Position numbers and translations under genes: made by a program. The notes under the pieces are model-generated. The model saw nothing but the letters and a program-made list of their open reading frames with translations, was not told the origin of the DNA and ran no database searches. From contig OZ260663.1 of NCBI GenBank assembly GCA_965285935.1, positions 56,544,001-56,608,000 of the forward strand: a stretch of 64,000 nucleotides of DNA, given 5' to 3'. The stretch is from Ophelia neglecta (lineage: Eukaryota). Below are positions 38,401 through 52,589 of this stretch, piece by piece (within the stretch, counting starts at the first letter, position 1; every line of letters starts with the position of its first letter).

Positions 38401-41400
38401 ACCAACATAATTATAGAATATTCAAAAGACATTTTGATTGAGTCTATTGGTTACATTTTACGAATATAATCGCGCCTAAATACGAAATACATTCTGTAGC
38501 GACCTTCAACCCATCGTGCGGCTCACATTTGTTTTGTATTGTACTCAGTAGTGTAACCCCCTACTCCAAGTTCTCTTAGATATAATGTTGTCTGGATAAC
38601 GAATATATAACGAATTCCTGTCTATATATCTGTACATATTGAAGGGGGGATAGCTATCCACTGGACAAAGACGCGAGAAGAACACAGCAACCGCGCCCAG
38701 CAGCACTACACGGTCATGCCATCAGTCCCCTGTAATGAATACTTTTGTTGAAAGCAAACAACTTATTTATCGTATAACTGGCATCCAGCTATGGACGAAG
38801 CTATGGCTTATACCAAAAGCTTCTTGAGTTACATATTGTCTTTCGGAAGTCTATGTTCATAGAACATGGTTTACAATTGTTGGTGAAGGAGCTTACATTA
38901 GAGAAGCTAGCACAATTCCCATTTAAAGATAATGGGAATTTTCAGAAAATCAGCCGCTATCTTGCGCAGGTTGAGTCTCATTATATTTACCAGAAATAAA
39001 CCGTAGTCATAATTATTCTTCTTGATGAAAATGCTTTCCCCAACACCCACTCTGTGTATGATTTTACAGAAAAAAGTGTTATTAAAAAATGGTTATTATT
39101 TGTGATATGTTCGTCCTCTTGAAGTCATCAAGAAATGCCTCAACTATAGAGTTCAATTACTGCGTTTTAACTCACAGCAATGCTCCTAAGCATAATTGGA
39201 ATCATAACTAACAATAACTGGTCAAATAAGGCAGAAAATGGTAGCTTATCATTAAAACGTGCAACCTGAGTTCCTCGAAAACCGCACAGTATAACATGAT
39301 GGTTCAATTGACGGAGTAAAACCTTGACATGTCACGACTAATAATGAAAAGGATTTTTCATCCTCCTCCCACACATCATGTTCTGATAGCGCTGTGGGCC
39401 GAAGTTCCTGTTTCTGTCATGCGAGTTGCATCCCCTTGTTTAATTGTCAACAAACAAATAATAGCTTTAAAATATAGAGTAAGGTTTGGATGAATTGGCG
39501 CTTTACGCTGCTTTCTGTCTCTTGAACCATCAAATATGCTTGACTTCCATTCACTGTACAGGGCCATAATTAAGTCGTTTTGCAATGATGTATTGTGTGG
39601 CCATTATTAAACAACATGTGCCATAAAAAAATAAACAAAAATACCAAATAAAATAATGCTAGCTGATGTGTAAATTTTGGCAAAACACACTCCTGTCTGT
39701 TGTTCACAGCCTAAACTATATTTCATTGCTCGCCGGTAAGGTTCTCACGAAGAAAAAAGGAAATCAGGTTGAAAATGTGAAATAAATATTTTGTATGCTT
39801 AACTGTGTCTCACTACATTTGTTTCAAAGCGCTGCTTCTACACGCTATAAATATTATAGTGGACGTCCGATTATTTTTATACACATGGTTAGTGCAGGTC
39901 CAGTGAAATATTGCAATAACATTGCTTTATTTTGTATTTATGAACTTATTACGAATGTGTTACGGCTGTCAATTGTATATATTGCGCGAATTATTTATGA
40001 GGAGTAATTCAGCCTTAAAGGCACAACAAGGGCGGCCTATGAAAAATCGAGGCATTAACCAGTCGCTAGATTAACGTTAAACGTCTCAGGGGAAAACATG
40101 TCCTTGCCAAATTACACCATTTTACCCAACCGGTTACAAATGCTTATAGTTAAGCCACTAGTTTCTGCTCAAGAAAGGTCGAAAATGATTAACTTAAGTT
40201 GCAAGCGGAACACGTGCTTGTCATTTTAAATCTTTAGATTCAATAGTCCTAGGATTCCTATTAGTAGGCTATACCAATTGTTTCGCGGACTTTGACTTGT
40301 AAATAGCAATTCATTTAAAAGTAGCATTCGCTTATTGCAATATACATTATAATTCTTTTCGAAAGAATAAAGTTAATTTCGAAAGGTATAAATAATGATT
40401 TTGCTTTGTAAACAAGATATCCATTGTTGTCTACTTTTCTGTGATTAACTACAATATCTCGATGCAGCATTGCCAAAAAAACAACCACAACGTGTTCAAA
40501 ATACAACTACCGTTAGCCAAGCAGTCTCGATCGGCTGTACAGTGGTATCACTGGCTAGGCCAACCAATGACGATTCAGCACTCAGCACACTCTTCGTTCG
40601 GTTTGGCAGACATTAACCTTAAATTTACTGTCAACCAATCAAAATTAAGAATGTTTCACGTGAATTTGGAGAGATAGTTTGAAGTTTTGGGTTTTATTTA
40701 CTTTGGATTTGGTTGCTTTCAATTTGGTATTTTTACCATTTTCTTCGTAACTTCCAAGAATTGCTGACCTAGCCTTACGCATGCGATTTAGGAACATTCG
40801 CTCTTTCATTATAATTATGTCGTGCTATGTGATGTGTGGTGAACGTAGAAATGTTCACCGAGGAGTTCATGAACTCGTTCACTGCACCAGTTGAGAATAT
40901 GCAGGGTTCTACGGCTATTCTTCTTGTTAATTTTAATCAAATCATTCTTGCATCTTTTGCAGGAGGTGATCGGCATTTTATATCTACTTGAACTTCGCGC
41001 CCTATATTGCCTATCATAGGAATATGGACGTGACAATTATCTATCACTATTAAGCGTGTGCCTTTGCATGGAGTCTAGCAACATGATTTCCGATTGGGAT
41101 ATGGAAGCATTTACCGCCATTGAGTCGTTTCTCCCTGCTTCACAAGTCACGCCAAATCAAATCTTGGGAAAAGGGAGTATTTATCAATATGTGGACATAG
41201 GGCGTCTTGTAGTCGCATTCATTCTGTCAAAATGCCATACACCTGCAATGTTGACACATTATCACACACGATCGGGCCTATTGGAAAATAAATTGTAATC
41301 TCACAGAGCGGAAATAAGGACCCGACCCTTGATGGTGTCCAAGCGACCAAATATAGGAGCCTTTATCATTATGCCCACAATGCATCATTTCGATGTCTAC

Positions 41401-41858
41401 GTACGTTATTCCATTTGTACTTCTATAAAACGTGATTTCCCACAGTGTGACTGATAACGCTGGTTTGCTTTTCGGAGCACAGCGATATTATTATCGAATA
41501 TTCCAGTGCATCATCATGTATCAGTATTAGACTGAGAACAAACCTATAAACACACCGTTGTTTGCATGCCCTGGTTTATATGGCTTCAAATTATAGTACA
41601 TATTAAAAACCGGTTATTAGACCTGCATTAATTTTTACATTTTTCGCAGATCACTCAATGGGAAAAACAGTGATTATAAATGAGCTTGATTAAATGTGAT
41701 ACACGTCATGTAAAAATTCGGGCTCTTCGTGCTTTAAGCACACGTGCAGTCTCTCAGGTTGGGCCTTATGATATCAATAATTCTTTTGTATGACCCCAAC
41801 TAAAGACACATTCTAACTCGGACTGTGCTACCGTGGGATTTCAGGGCAAAATTAAATT

Positions 41859-41878
41859 ATAGCCACCAGAGGGCGACC
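41859..41878 (+). promoter_or_regulatory. Candidate CTCF binding site
   Basis: tagccaccagagggcgacc matches the CTCF core consensus CCASYAGRKGGCR, in AT-rich unique DNA. Confidence 0.55.
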
Positions 41879-42759
41879 ACAAGCATCTCGTTAATCCTGG
41901 TAGTCGGGCACGTGTGAGCATTTCATTTTCTGAAATTCAATGATGTGATACAGACATAGGATTTATCTTGGAACGACCTTTTCCAGAATTGAGATGGAGG
42001 CGTTTAGCATTATCAAAGTGGCACACAATTTTCAAGAACGATGTCGTATAAGGATGCCGAAAGCGGAAAATGAAGCGAAAATATTTCCTTTGATCCATAA
42101 GTGCTTTGCGGACAAAAATGGACTATAAGCCTCAGTTTAAAAGAAACAATTACGCCTTAGGGTTCTAAGTATAAAACTGACGGTTTTTATCAAAATATCC
42201 TCAAGGTTATAAGCATTGCTTCAATTACACGAATATTGATTTTCTTCAAGATACATTATATAGTGGCAAATCTATACGAACTTAGTCAAGCACTTGCGGT
42301 ATTTCGTTGAAACATGTATACCGAGCATTTGGATCGACGAAAAGCAGCAACTGAAAGAAAGAAAACAAGCAAATGAAAAGGTCTATACCGGGTAATGGTT
42401 CATGGAGACCCCGAAAGTTAAAGATATTACACCAGCCATCGACAGAGAAGGTGTAAAACACACTAAACATGACACGGGGTTAGAAAGTAAATATAAACGT
42501 TGACGGATGGACTGATATTGGCAGATGGACATTGAACAATGGAAAATTAAAAATAAAACATTTTATTTATTCAACGAATCGATTTTAAATGCCATTTTGG
42601 AACACTGGAAATATGAATGAGGAAGTGACATAATCTACATGCCAAGAAGACAGCACAACTGTGGTTAAATGATTATATATCATTTGAAAACAGAGTCAGA
42701 CTTTTAATAATTTGGGTCTGCATTTTGAATTGCACACAATATAGTTAAGGTTAACAAAA

Positions 42760-44420
42760 CAAATTTAATATCATGGGACATAATGCAAGAATGTATATGG
42801 TCCTCTCCTGTCTTGTATTGTATCTTAAGAAATTGTTACCTGTAAAAAATTGGAGTGGATAGTAAGGTAATTAAGTTAAGTTGTGGCAGCTGGCTGAAAA
42901 ACACTGGCATCCCAATAAGTAAGGTAGATGGGATATAAAAAAACAATAGAATTGTTCCAATATACTGATGACTATTCCGGGATGATTCAATATTAAGATA
43001 CATCTCTTTCATTTCTTGTACACGGTTGAGTCACTTCATTTAGTTTCTGATCTCCAACTGAATAAACCTTCACAAGAAAACATTTAGGTTTTGGGACTGG
43101 TCTCTCGGGGATAGCAATGTCCCATCAATGTTAAAAGAATTTCAAGTCATAATTCAGAAAGTGTCAGGTCATAATAAATCCTGGCTCTCTTTAATATCAA
43201 AAGAAGGTAAAATGCATTTGGAGGAAACTTATTGCTTGACAGTTTGTATAAATTGTATGCAAATAATCTCGTTTTCTGGCTCTATTCGGAAAAAAAACCT
43301 AAACAGTATTGTGTGTAAGTTTCTATGGGGAAATAGTTCTGATCAAGTGTCAACTGCTCCTTATAAGACAAAAGGAATTGTAGTTAGTAGATTTTGAAGA
43401 AGGTGGTTTAAATTTGATAGAGGAACTGATGATGTTTGAATAGGTATTGTTTATATACGTGATTGACTAAAAAGACTGGATCATTCCACTCGTCTACTTT
43501 CATTAAATTAGATTACCGTTGGCTGCTCATGCTAGTGAACCTTAAGTCTCACCATGTGACTTGAGTCACGTACGCCATACGTACGCCATATGCGTTATGA
43601 TATGACTGACCTGGGTAGGAAGAAATGATAACCAAGGTACAAAAGAAAATGAATTGCAACGTATATCCTTCAGGTTCAGACATGCCAGAGATACAGCAAA
43701 CGTAGCGCCGGATATAGGGACTCGTGATTTGAGACGATATCATCATTAGTTTTATTATTTTAAGAGAAAGAAGCCCATCATGGACTCTCCATGGGCATTT
43801 TTCAACTGACCACTGAATCATTTGTTTGTCTCTTACCCGCATCATGGAAAACTGGTTACTACTTCTCTATGCAAGTGATATCAAATTATACTTTTATTAA
43901 CTATTACTTGCATTACAAGTTTATTTTCTGTTTGGTGGCTGGAGATTGATTTATTGATGTGTGTGAGGCCCTGGCTGCCGGTCCCTGACGATTTCAGACT
44001 GTTTTAATGGTCATTTATCCATTGATAATTTGGCTTTTTTCCCTTGGTGTCCGATCCCGTTTTTTAGGCAGGAAACGATAGTAGCTACAGGCGACAGGCG
44101 AATTATGTAATAACAGCATATTCTTCTGGTACATATATTATTTTTATTAAAGATGAGTAGACCAAGTAATAGGACGATGATTGTCTCTTAAAGCTCCCCC
44201 TTTACAACTGGCAGAGGATTGGATTATAAGATGATGTCTGGTAACTTCATTTGCCGTCATTGCAAATAATACGAGACTTTTGGTAGCTGTCCAAAAGACC
44301 TCCTGAACATTTCAAAACTATCCAAACATTTGAGCTTCAAGCAGAAGTCAAGTTAAAGTTTGTAGCTATCAAAATACTCCCTGTATTGACTTCTTATTAG
44401 TGTTCAATACATCTGGCATG
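42760..44420 (-). mobile_element. Heavily deleted L2-group LINE ORF2 relic (APE end through RT C-terminus)
   Basis: Collinear remnants: ILIATNFN / LLDSY...LPDIIL (APE, 44390-44230); YVAIHFLLYLGYHFFLP / GQSY (43670-43600); IDGTLLSPRDQSQNLNVF (43130-43078); ISHLPY (~42930); EDHIH (~42800). Confidence 0.5.
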
Positions 44421-44620
44421 CCTATCTTGCACCACATTAAACCACACAGAAGCTTTGAAATCGGCTAATTTAACCTTCGAGGTTAAGGACACAGCTGTGT
44501 ATAAAACGATGGTGTCGGGTCCAAATTATTTGGACCAAATGACACTTTATTGCCAGTTCCACATGGTACCGGTTGTATGATTTAAACAATCATGCATACG
44601 GCGACTCATTAAATAACGTA

Positions 44621-44791
44621 CGGTGAAACCTGCCTTAAAGACCACCTCTGTATTCAGACCAATTCAGACCACTAGTGTGAAGACCATACTGCACACATTC
44701 AATATAAATTAACCTGTCTAAACAGACGACCTCTGTAACCAGACAAGTATTTTCCAGTCATTTGGGTGGGCTCAATTCACAGGTTTCACTG
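44621..44791. mobile_element. Tc1/mariner(pogo)-type MITE, copy 2
   Basis: TA|CGGTGAAACCTG ... CAGGTTTCACTG|TA; shares internal aattcagaccacta, taacctgtcta, tttccagtc and ctcaattcacaggtttcactg with 8165-8342. Confidence 0.85.
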
Positions 44792-44809
44792 TACATGCTA
44801 ACCAGGTTC

Positions 44810-45170
44810 TAACGGTCCTAAACAGGGTAGCCGTAACAGCTGCAAGGGCGGCGAGAGGGGTACGGTGGTTGTACGAGGTGTATGAGGATCCATTGCAAGG
44901 TCTCTGGCTTCAAGGCTCATGATCGATTTGATATAAAAGCTGTAATTTGTGAATAGAGTAGGGTAGGTTTTGAATGTAGGGGATGTGATTGGCATCTGTT
45001 GCTTGGTGGAAAGGAGTTGTGTGCATGATTAGAAATGCTCCTAAATAAACGAAAATGTCTTATCCATGCGATAAGTATACTGCCGAGTAATGGTTCGACG
45101 TGATTGTACAATCGTGGGGTGTTTGGAAACGCAGTCTTCTTGAAAGTTGGATCGAAACCTGGTATGGACA
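44810..45170 (-). mobile_element. Decayed LINE RT fragment
   Basis: FRSNF..TA, SILIA, ITAFISNRS in the expected order, across frameshifts. Confidence 0.35.
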
Positions 45171-46379
45171 GTAACTAGGTAATATAAAAACTTGCACCTC
45201 TAAATCATAGATTAACAAGTGACTTAGGTTCACCAAAACTTACTTATAAGGGTGATGATCATGACCATCCATATTATACACATATTAGAGATCCATAGTG
45301 TAGCTATGAAATCAAGAAATGTAATAAAATGAAACCCTCAAATAGTCACGTGGGATCGTTATATCGATACATGAGAGTAAGTTTACAATTCTATTTGGGA
45401 CGCAGTACGCACACATGTGGTAAATTAAAATTGTCACGCGGGATTGTGATATAAAATTGTCAAGTTGGAATGCGATATCATGGCGTGAGAACGTGATATG
45501 TCAAGTTATTATATTGTATTGTTGGAAATAAAATGTTACTTCCATCGGTCAGCGCTGTTTTATAGCCACCGACATAATCTTTACTTATACCTGAGTAGTT
45601 TGTCCTGTCGAGAGGTCGGTTGGATCCCTTGCATGTCCTCACTAACAAAGAAAAAAATCCTGAAATAGGCAGAACTCCAGTCAAATGGGATATCCGTCTA
45701 AAAGCTGTACTTCCGGCGGCGATCATCTAACGCCATTATATTAAATGACTTCCCATCCGGCCATGATGCGAACCAGATATCACTTCCTCTCTTTACCTCT
45801 ATCAGCATCACAGGATGAACCCTTGATTAGACAAATAAGAACTGTTTTTACTATTAATAACCTAATTCACGCGCGTGTGTGACCTAGAGCAGAACATAGC
45901 AACTAGGGTAAAGGCTAGTAATTTCGCCTACTTTCTATAACTTGAGATTTACAGCGATTATCTATAGGCCTAAGTGTTTTATTCTTTCTGAACAGATCCT
46001 CTGCCTGGCTCAGAAAATGCCTGAGTTTGTTCACTTGCTTCCAATATTGCTCATCCCCAATTTATGTTTTTGCCCACAGAGCAAAATTAAGCAAGGGATG
46101 GGCAAAATATGACTATCTAAATTGAACTGTGCTATAACAATGAAATCAGAGTAAACATATCTATAAAGTGCAAAAACGACTTGCCTTGAATAATTTTAAA
46201 TGGATTTTTTAAATTGATTACACTTGAAGAAATTAACTGAAGGGTTCACCCATCTCTCAAATCTGAAACATCCTCACATCTTCCCCCCAAAAAGTGGTTT
46301 TCCATGTCCATGCCTGTTTGTTTCTTAGTGGCTTTCATTTGGCCTAAACAATTAAGTTTGCGATAATAAAAACTTGGAC

Positions 46380-46580
46380 TCTTTAAAATAATCCGGCGTT
46401 ACTCCCATGTTGTAATATAATTTCAACAAAACCCAGTCTGGTGGCAGGACCTTACGCCGTCTTACCATCTCGCCAGGGACGCGTTCGCGAAACGAGGGTT
46501 TTTTCGGCAATGCGTACGTCTGGATATCGGACGAGCCTGACTTCCGTCTAGACAAATTTGATAATGTGTTGACTATCAAA
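46380..46580 (-). mobile_element. Decayed CR1-like RT N-terminal fragment
   Basis: ORF 46352-46579: VNTLSNLSRRKSGSSDI...VLPPDW, like V...L.NL...KS.GPD.I...G.LP.DW. Confidence 0.35.
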
Positions 46581-47579
46581 GTACGAATTATACCACTAAA
46601 ATAATTATGTACTTAGAGAAAATGCATATTCCTAATATCAACCTATTCACCTAACAGATGTCTCATTAAGTGAAAATAATGTTTCAAATTTCACTAATGT
46701 ACTGTTTGGGAGATCATAGTTCATGCACATTATAAAAAAACGGGTTTACCCCTTGAGGGATTGAGTGATTATTAAGGACGCAAATGGTATTTGAATTCTA
46801 AGCACATGGGGTAATAAAAAACGAGTAGATGTTTTTGAAAACACATCTAGGGACGTCTGCTAAATCCCTCAGTGGCGGAACCCCACTCCCCCAAGAGATA
46901 TATAAATAATAATAACCACGCGCGAACGTTTTGGTTGGATTCCTAGCTGGCTATATGCCAGAACTTCGGGCTCAATAAGTGGTGTTTTCTTTATTCTGGT
47001 GCCCATGCCATTGACACAATGGAATTGAAATGAACAGAGATAAGACATTGTGTTGTTTTATGCCCTTGGACTATCACCATCAATCATCGGAAACAGATCC
47101 ATTCCACAACAGGATTATCTTCCGAGGCAAATCCTGCATGATCTATTAGGTAAGGTGATTTATCACAACCTCTTTCAGCTATCAGAGGGGACCAGCAAAA
47201 ATGAATATATTGAATCCCTTATATTTACCCCAAAACGACACGGTTTTTCATTGTGATATAGCTAAGTAAACTTTGTCCTTATCACTACTACCATATCCAA
47301 AGGCTTTTCCTGGAGTTTGCAAACATTTCGAATATTTTGCCCATTCTAGTTACGCATGGTAGACATCCCCGGAGAGTAGGTTTCGGTTTATATGCAGAAT
47401 TGCACTTTAGTTTTGGCAAATAGGTAAAATATGAACAAAAAAATGTATCTATCCCCCAAATATATGTTTCCTGTGAGGATATGGTGATTATGTTAAGGTC
47501 ATTGCTGTCTCCTTACTTATGGAGATTGTTTAAATGTCACTCTATTTCAGTCAATTATAGTCTAACTCTACCCATCCCT

Positions 47580-48900
47580 AGGAAGTTGTAACCATCATCA
47601 ACTTGCTGCTGCGGGCAGTTCGCTTTCATCCAGTTTCTAATCTGCGTCCTAATTGGCCTACACCCCTAATAGGTTCATCCGGTCTTCTTATATCAGTAGC
47701 ATGGCAATTCCTTTTCTTTGTGTTTCGTCCGCGAACATCAAAAAATGATACCTAGAAAAGTAAAACAATTACATGACTGTCACTTCAAAGGTCTAGTCAT
47801 CATCGAGCATGGTAGCATTGTACTAAATCTGTGTTACCCAGCGCATCAAATTCACAGACAATAGTTAATCTAGGATCCCGTGTACACTTTCTATCACCTG
47901 CTTCAATTTTATCTCATTGATGAAATGTCCTTGCTAGTCTTGTGAAAAATCTCCATTGGCACTGTCCAAAAAGGAGCTACTTAGAGTGTAACTATCACAA
48001 GCAAATACATATTGCTTCCAAAAGAATTGCTGTAATAATAAATCTACCAAAAGAGTATTTTACAGTTTTCCTTAAACTCAAATAAAAGATACTTCAAAAA
48101 ACAAATAAGAAGTCGTTTCCAGATATAGCCGTTCTTCACAACCTTTCGAAATTCCTGCAAGTTGATTCAATAACACAATTTGTCATGATTGTTTCGTAAA
48201 GCAAGACACTGGTTATTATTACAACGAAAGGATCTAATTTACTATCCTTGATAACGATTTTGCTTTGTCCGTCGAATATCCACCTGCGATTCTTTATAGT
48301 TCATTTTATTGGTCAATGGTTTTTTATGGGCATGGCATTCCTCGTATTGAACTTATCTGAATATTGGACCAAGAGCATTGATCCGGAAGGTGATCACAGA
48401 CCATTTCTTCCAACAAAGGCAATAAAAGCACACAAAGCCCACCGTTTTATTAGTTGCCCTTTATATTTCTGGGAGCTACTTAGAAAACCCACCACATAGC
48501 CTATCGACCAGAAATGAGCATGTTGAGAATAAAACTGAGCCACTGGGACGATCAAAGAATATGAAGCAGACCATGTGATCAATCATTTCCTGTTGTATAC
48601 CACACGATGTAGGTGTACGATAACAATTACAGATCAGAGGGTTACTTCGGGTAAATTATCTGCAAAGGAGTAATTTGATTGTTTCACCGGGTCATGTTTG
48701 ATTCGTCGACTGGATCAATTTGAATTGTGCTACGCTATCCATGACAATCAGAAAAAGAATCCAGGCTGAAACGAAATTCCTCCCAGTGAAAATGATTCTC
48801 AGGTCATACTCAAAAGTAATTGACTCCCTCTAAGAGTCAATTCTTCTCCTTTGATCAAAAGTCACAATTGATCCCCTTTCTACAGATGGAGAGGGTGTCA
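47580..48900 (-). mobile_element. Decayed CR1/L2-group LINE (APE and RT remnants)
   Basis: IIFTG, PT...MIDH and CDHLP (APE; 48800-48385), then MFADET (~47738) and IRNWMKAN (~47641) of RT. Confidence 0.4.
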
Positions 48901-50439
48901 AACCTTATATCGCTTTAAATGTCCCTTTCATGGTAATTAAAGCAGTTTATCAGTTTATATTTTAAACAAACTTTCACCATTGTTGTATGGCGGGTTTATA
49001 TTCACCTCCATGTTGTTTTGACCATGATGATCTCAAGCCCGAAATAAGCCTGAATGACCATGAAAGACTGCAAAACATGCATATAATGTGCGGCGGTCGT
49101 TGCCCGTAACTTGTTTGGAAAAAAAGCAGTACTTTCGTGTCATTCAGGGAACGTCAATTACCTTGTTAGCCAAACAACTAATGGCCACCAAAAATGTAAA
49201 CCTTAAGTGACAATATGATTTGCGTTTTGTTCTGAATATTTTTCATCAGTAAGCAAGGACACACTGGCGATTGTCAGTAAATTACGTCTGAATAGTAAAT
49301 GCACTAGCAAGAAGGATTTGCCTATCTTTCGGCTGTCCCGTCAAAGACCTTACGCTTATATTCCCACTGACATAGACTGTACACTTCAGCCCCTCGTCAG
49401 ATAGACTCTGTTACCTGGTCAATGTACATGTATGTTAACAGGCCCAATACCTACAAATGAGACAAGTCTGCTCTGTCATGCAGTGATCCTTCTTCGCTGA
49501 ATGTCCAGAAAGTCGGAAATAATGGCTGCGAATCATTACGTGGAACATGCTCTGTATACAAGCAGGCCTCTCCTTTGATTGGTCATTCATTTATGTACAT
49601 ACACATTAAAAACTAACGAATCTACCCTATGACTAGTGAGGTGTAACTGATTAACAAACACTGTGATGTTGACAAAGGCATGTACAAAGAATGGGTACAA
49701 TTCAGAAGTGGTGTTTTTTCTACTGAAAGCCAAGCCATCGGCCCCGGTCTCCGATATGGAAGGCGACCAGGAGCCTTATCATCCGAATAAATGAACCCCT
49801 AGGGTCTAATTCTCCTCCTCCTCCTCATTTGAAAGAGAACAATATCGATCACCTCAATCTAATATCGAGCAACAGTGACCATTTATGGACGAAGTAAGAA
49901 CCTCATAGGTGATAAATTAGGAGATTATTCGACTGCACTTTTACATTAAAGGCCAGGGTATAAAAGATTGCTTATTGGAGCCCGAAAAATCCACTGGGTG
50001 TAAGAAATAACATTGATCGACAAACGAAAAGTCAATATATTCATAATGAATGCCTGTCGAAAAGTGTTTGTTTATACGCCACTGCTTTCACCAATCATAG
50101 CGTCAGATTATTATTATTGTGATTATAATATAAATAATACTATCAATTTATAATAATAATAATAGCTCTTGCATTGCCCTCAGGGCGCTTTATATTAATA
50201 TAATGCCCGAACATTATGAATAAAAATAAAAGCATTGCCCGACTAGTATGGATCATGGAGAGTCGATATATTGGGGAAAGATATGCCTTCACAAAGTAAA
50301 GACACATAGGCCAGAGAGAAAGCATTTAAAAACAAAGTGAATGTTTGACATGTTTATCTGATAGGCCATAAGAATACTTAAAAATTAAGTTCCAAGAGAA
50401 TAATACATAATACTTCATATCACAAAACGGCAAAATGGG

Positions 50440-51350
50440 TATAAACAGTACCACCGGGGTCAGTGCCCGGGATTTAACCTTGCAAATTAGCGTGAAAGAA
50501 ACAGTCGCCAGAATTAGTTAAAAAGATATTTCTTATTAGTATTAAATCTTTAAAAGAGAAATATGAACTCTTAAGCCACTCTCAAACTACATCACCAGTC
50601 TCGACGGGACGCAGGAAATCATAATCTCTCCTGAAGCCTCTGCAAAATTGAACTCCGCCGAAAACAACAGTCAATTACCTGTTAAAGCCATGTCTGGGAC
50701 GAACGCAACGACCTGTAAGGAATTAACGAACAGGCGGAGGCCGTTCTGGTATTTACGAACCCCAATCAGCAGATAAACAACAACAGTGACTCTGATCAAA
50801 ACGACATCAATGAATATGCGGTATTCCCCTCGCTGAGCCTCACCCCAGGCGAGAAAACGCCCGTAAGATCTTCCAACAACGAATGCTTGTGGGAAGCCAA
50901 CATGAGTAGGAAGCCAAAACGTAACTTCCATTGTGCCGAACCTCAAATACAACAGGAAACCACCCAAAATCTACGACAGTTACCAAACCCGCAGAGAAGT
51001 AGCTCCCACCCCGGCTGTCAGACTGGACATAATCCTNNNNNNNNNNNNNNNNNNNNNNNNNNNNNNNNNNNNNNNNNNNNNNNNNNNNNNNNNNNNNNNN
51101 NNNNNNNNNNNNNNNNNNNNNNNNNNNNNNNNNNNNNNNNNNNNNNNNNNNNNNNNNNNNNNNNNNNNNNNNNNNNNNNNNNNNNNNNNNNNNNNNNNNN
51201 NNNACATAACGACGAATCTAATTCAGGAACTGAGATGCTACACGCATGAAAACTTGTGTCACGTAAAATTATAAGAATAAGGTTCAACGACACATAAGTT
51301 GGCTGCCAAATATATCTCCCGGAACTCTACTGGCACAAGGCCTCGGACAT
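50440..51350 (+). mobile_element. Possible L1/Tx1-like LINE ORF1 remnant running into the gap
   Basis: Relatively GC-rich; TTGV, KPLSNYIT and QQSITC, then a ~105-codon low-complexity open stretch (FPSL...WEANMSRKPKR) up to the gap. Family call is tentative. Confidence 0.3.
51037..51203. other. Assembly gap (167 N)
   Basis: Run of n. Confidence 1.
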
Positions 51351-52589
51351 GGTCTTTGGCCCAATGGTGCATGTAGCATGTATGAAATAGGACCAACGCA
51401 GATATAATGGTCCTGACAGGTTTAACATAAAGGAATCCTACAATTCGCTCCGTGCATCAGATGCAGAACGACGCATCGCCATTACGCGGTTATTATTGGC
51501 AAAAAAGCGTTTCCGGTGAAGCGTACAATTAAGGTTCCAACTGTCTAAGCCTCCGAATTTAATTAGGCTAAGAGAGATACTAACAGAAAGTTAATTTATT
51601 CATTTGTAAGCGATAAGAAAATAGATACTGCCTGTTGCAGGAAACTTATAGCTCTGAACATTAAGGAGGTGGAGTGTATTGCTCACATGGGCTGCCCTTT
51701 TCAAAGGTATCATCATAGAATAAAATCTAGTGTAGACATGGAAATTATTATTCTACAAAGGGCAATAAGGCCAACCGGAAATGATATATATTACAGATTA
51801 TTATACGGCTTCTTATCTAGCAGAGGACGCACTGCATGTGACTAGTACATTGCATTAGTAGACGAATCGATTTTGCAGGGCTTGTATGCTCATTGTCACC
51901 CATGTAGGCACTATACAAAATGAAAATTACATTTGTAGAAAGCTATTTCATGCATTGATCATCCCTGAAGATTATTTTTCTGCCACTTCAAAGGATATGA
52001 ACAAAAGGCCAATCATTATACGTAAAATCCCCATGCATAGTTTAACGTGGCTCTACCATCCTCCTGCTGACTCCGTTTTTTTTCCTAATCAGAATTCAAG
52101 GTGAGAAATGTAGCTTTTGGTGAGTAGTATGCGACATCTCCGACAAGGCCTATTGGAGAAGAAACACTGGCTGCATTTCTTTATAAACAAGAGAATAAGA
52201 GGGTGGTCATTGCCTTTATCTCTATAAATAATTTCAGAAATTGGCGTTTTCCAACGTCACTAAAACCTGGTTTATATAACCTAAACAAATTGTGTGTGAG
52301 ATAACATAAAACTTGTTGTTGCGGAATATGTTTTTTATTGCTGATCATTGCTTAGACTGTATTAGATTGAACAAGATGGACTATTGATTAGCATAAAAGG
52401 TAGTTCGGACTCTTGGTCGTCCAGGTAAATCATTTAATGTTATTTTTAGACAGGAAATTGTTTGTGTATATCCACCGATTCTTCTTATCCAATGACCATG
52501 ACTTCTAAGGTGAGCTTCTGATAATTAAGAAGTAATGCAACACATCCGGCTTGCTGATGTGAGCTAGACATATTGCCTTCTCTCCTCAC

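Noticed and set aside
36500-41350. Faint LINE-like peptides at about 36.5-37.0 kb and 40.85-41.35 kb (minus strand)
   Set aside because: Motif matches are too degraded to support without a profile search.
50887-51293. ORFs spanning the N run
   Set aside because: Their length is an artefact of the assembly gap.
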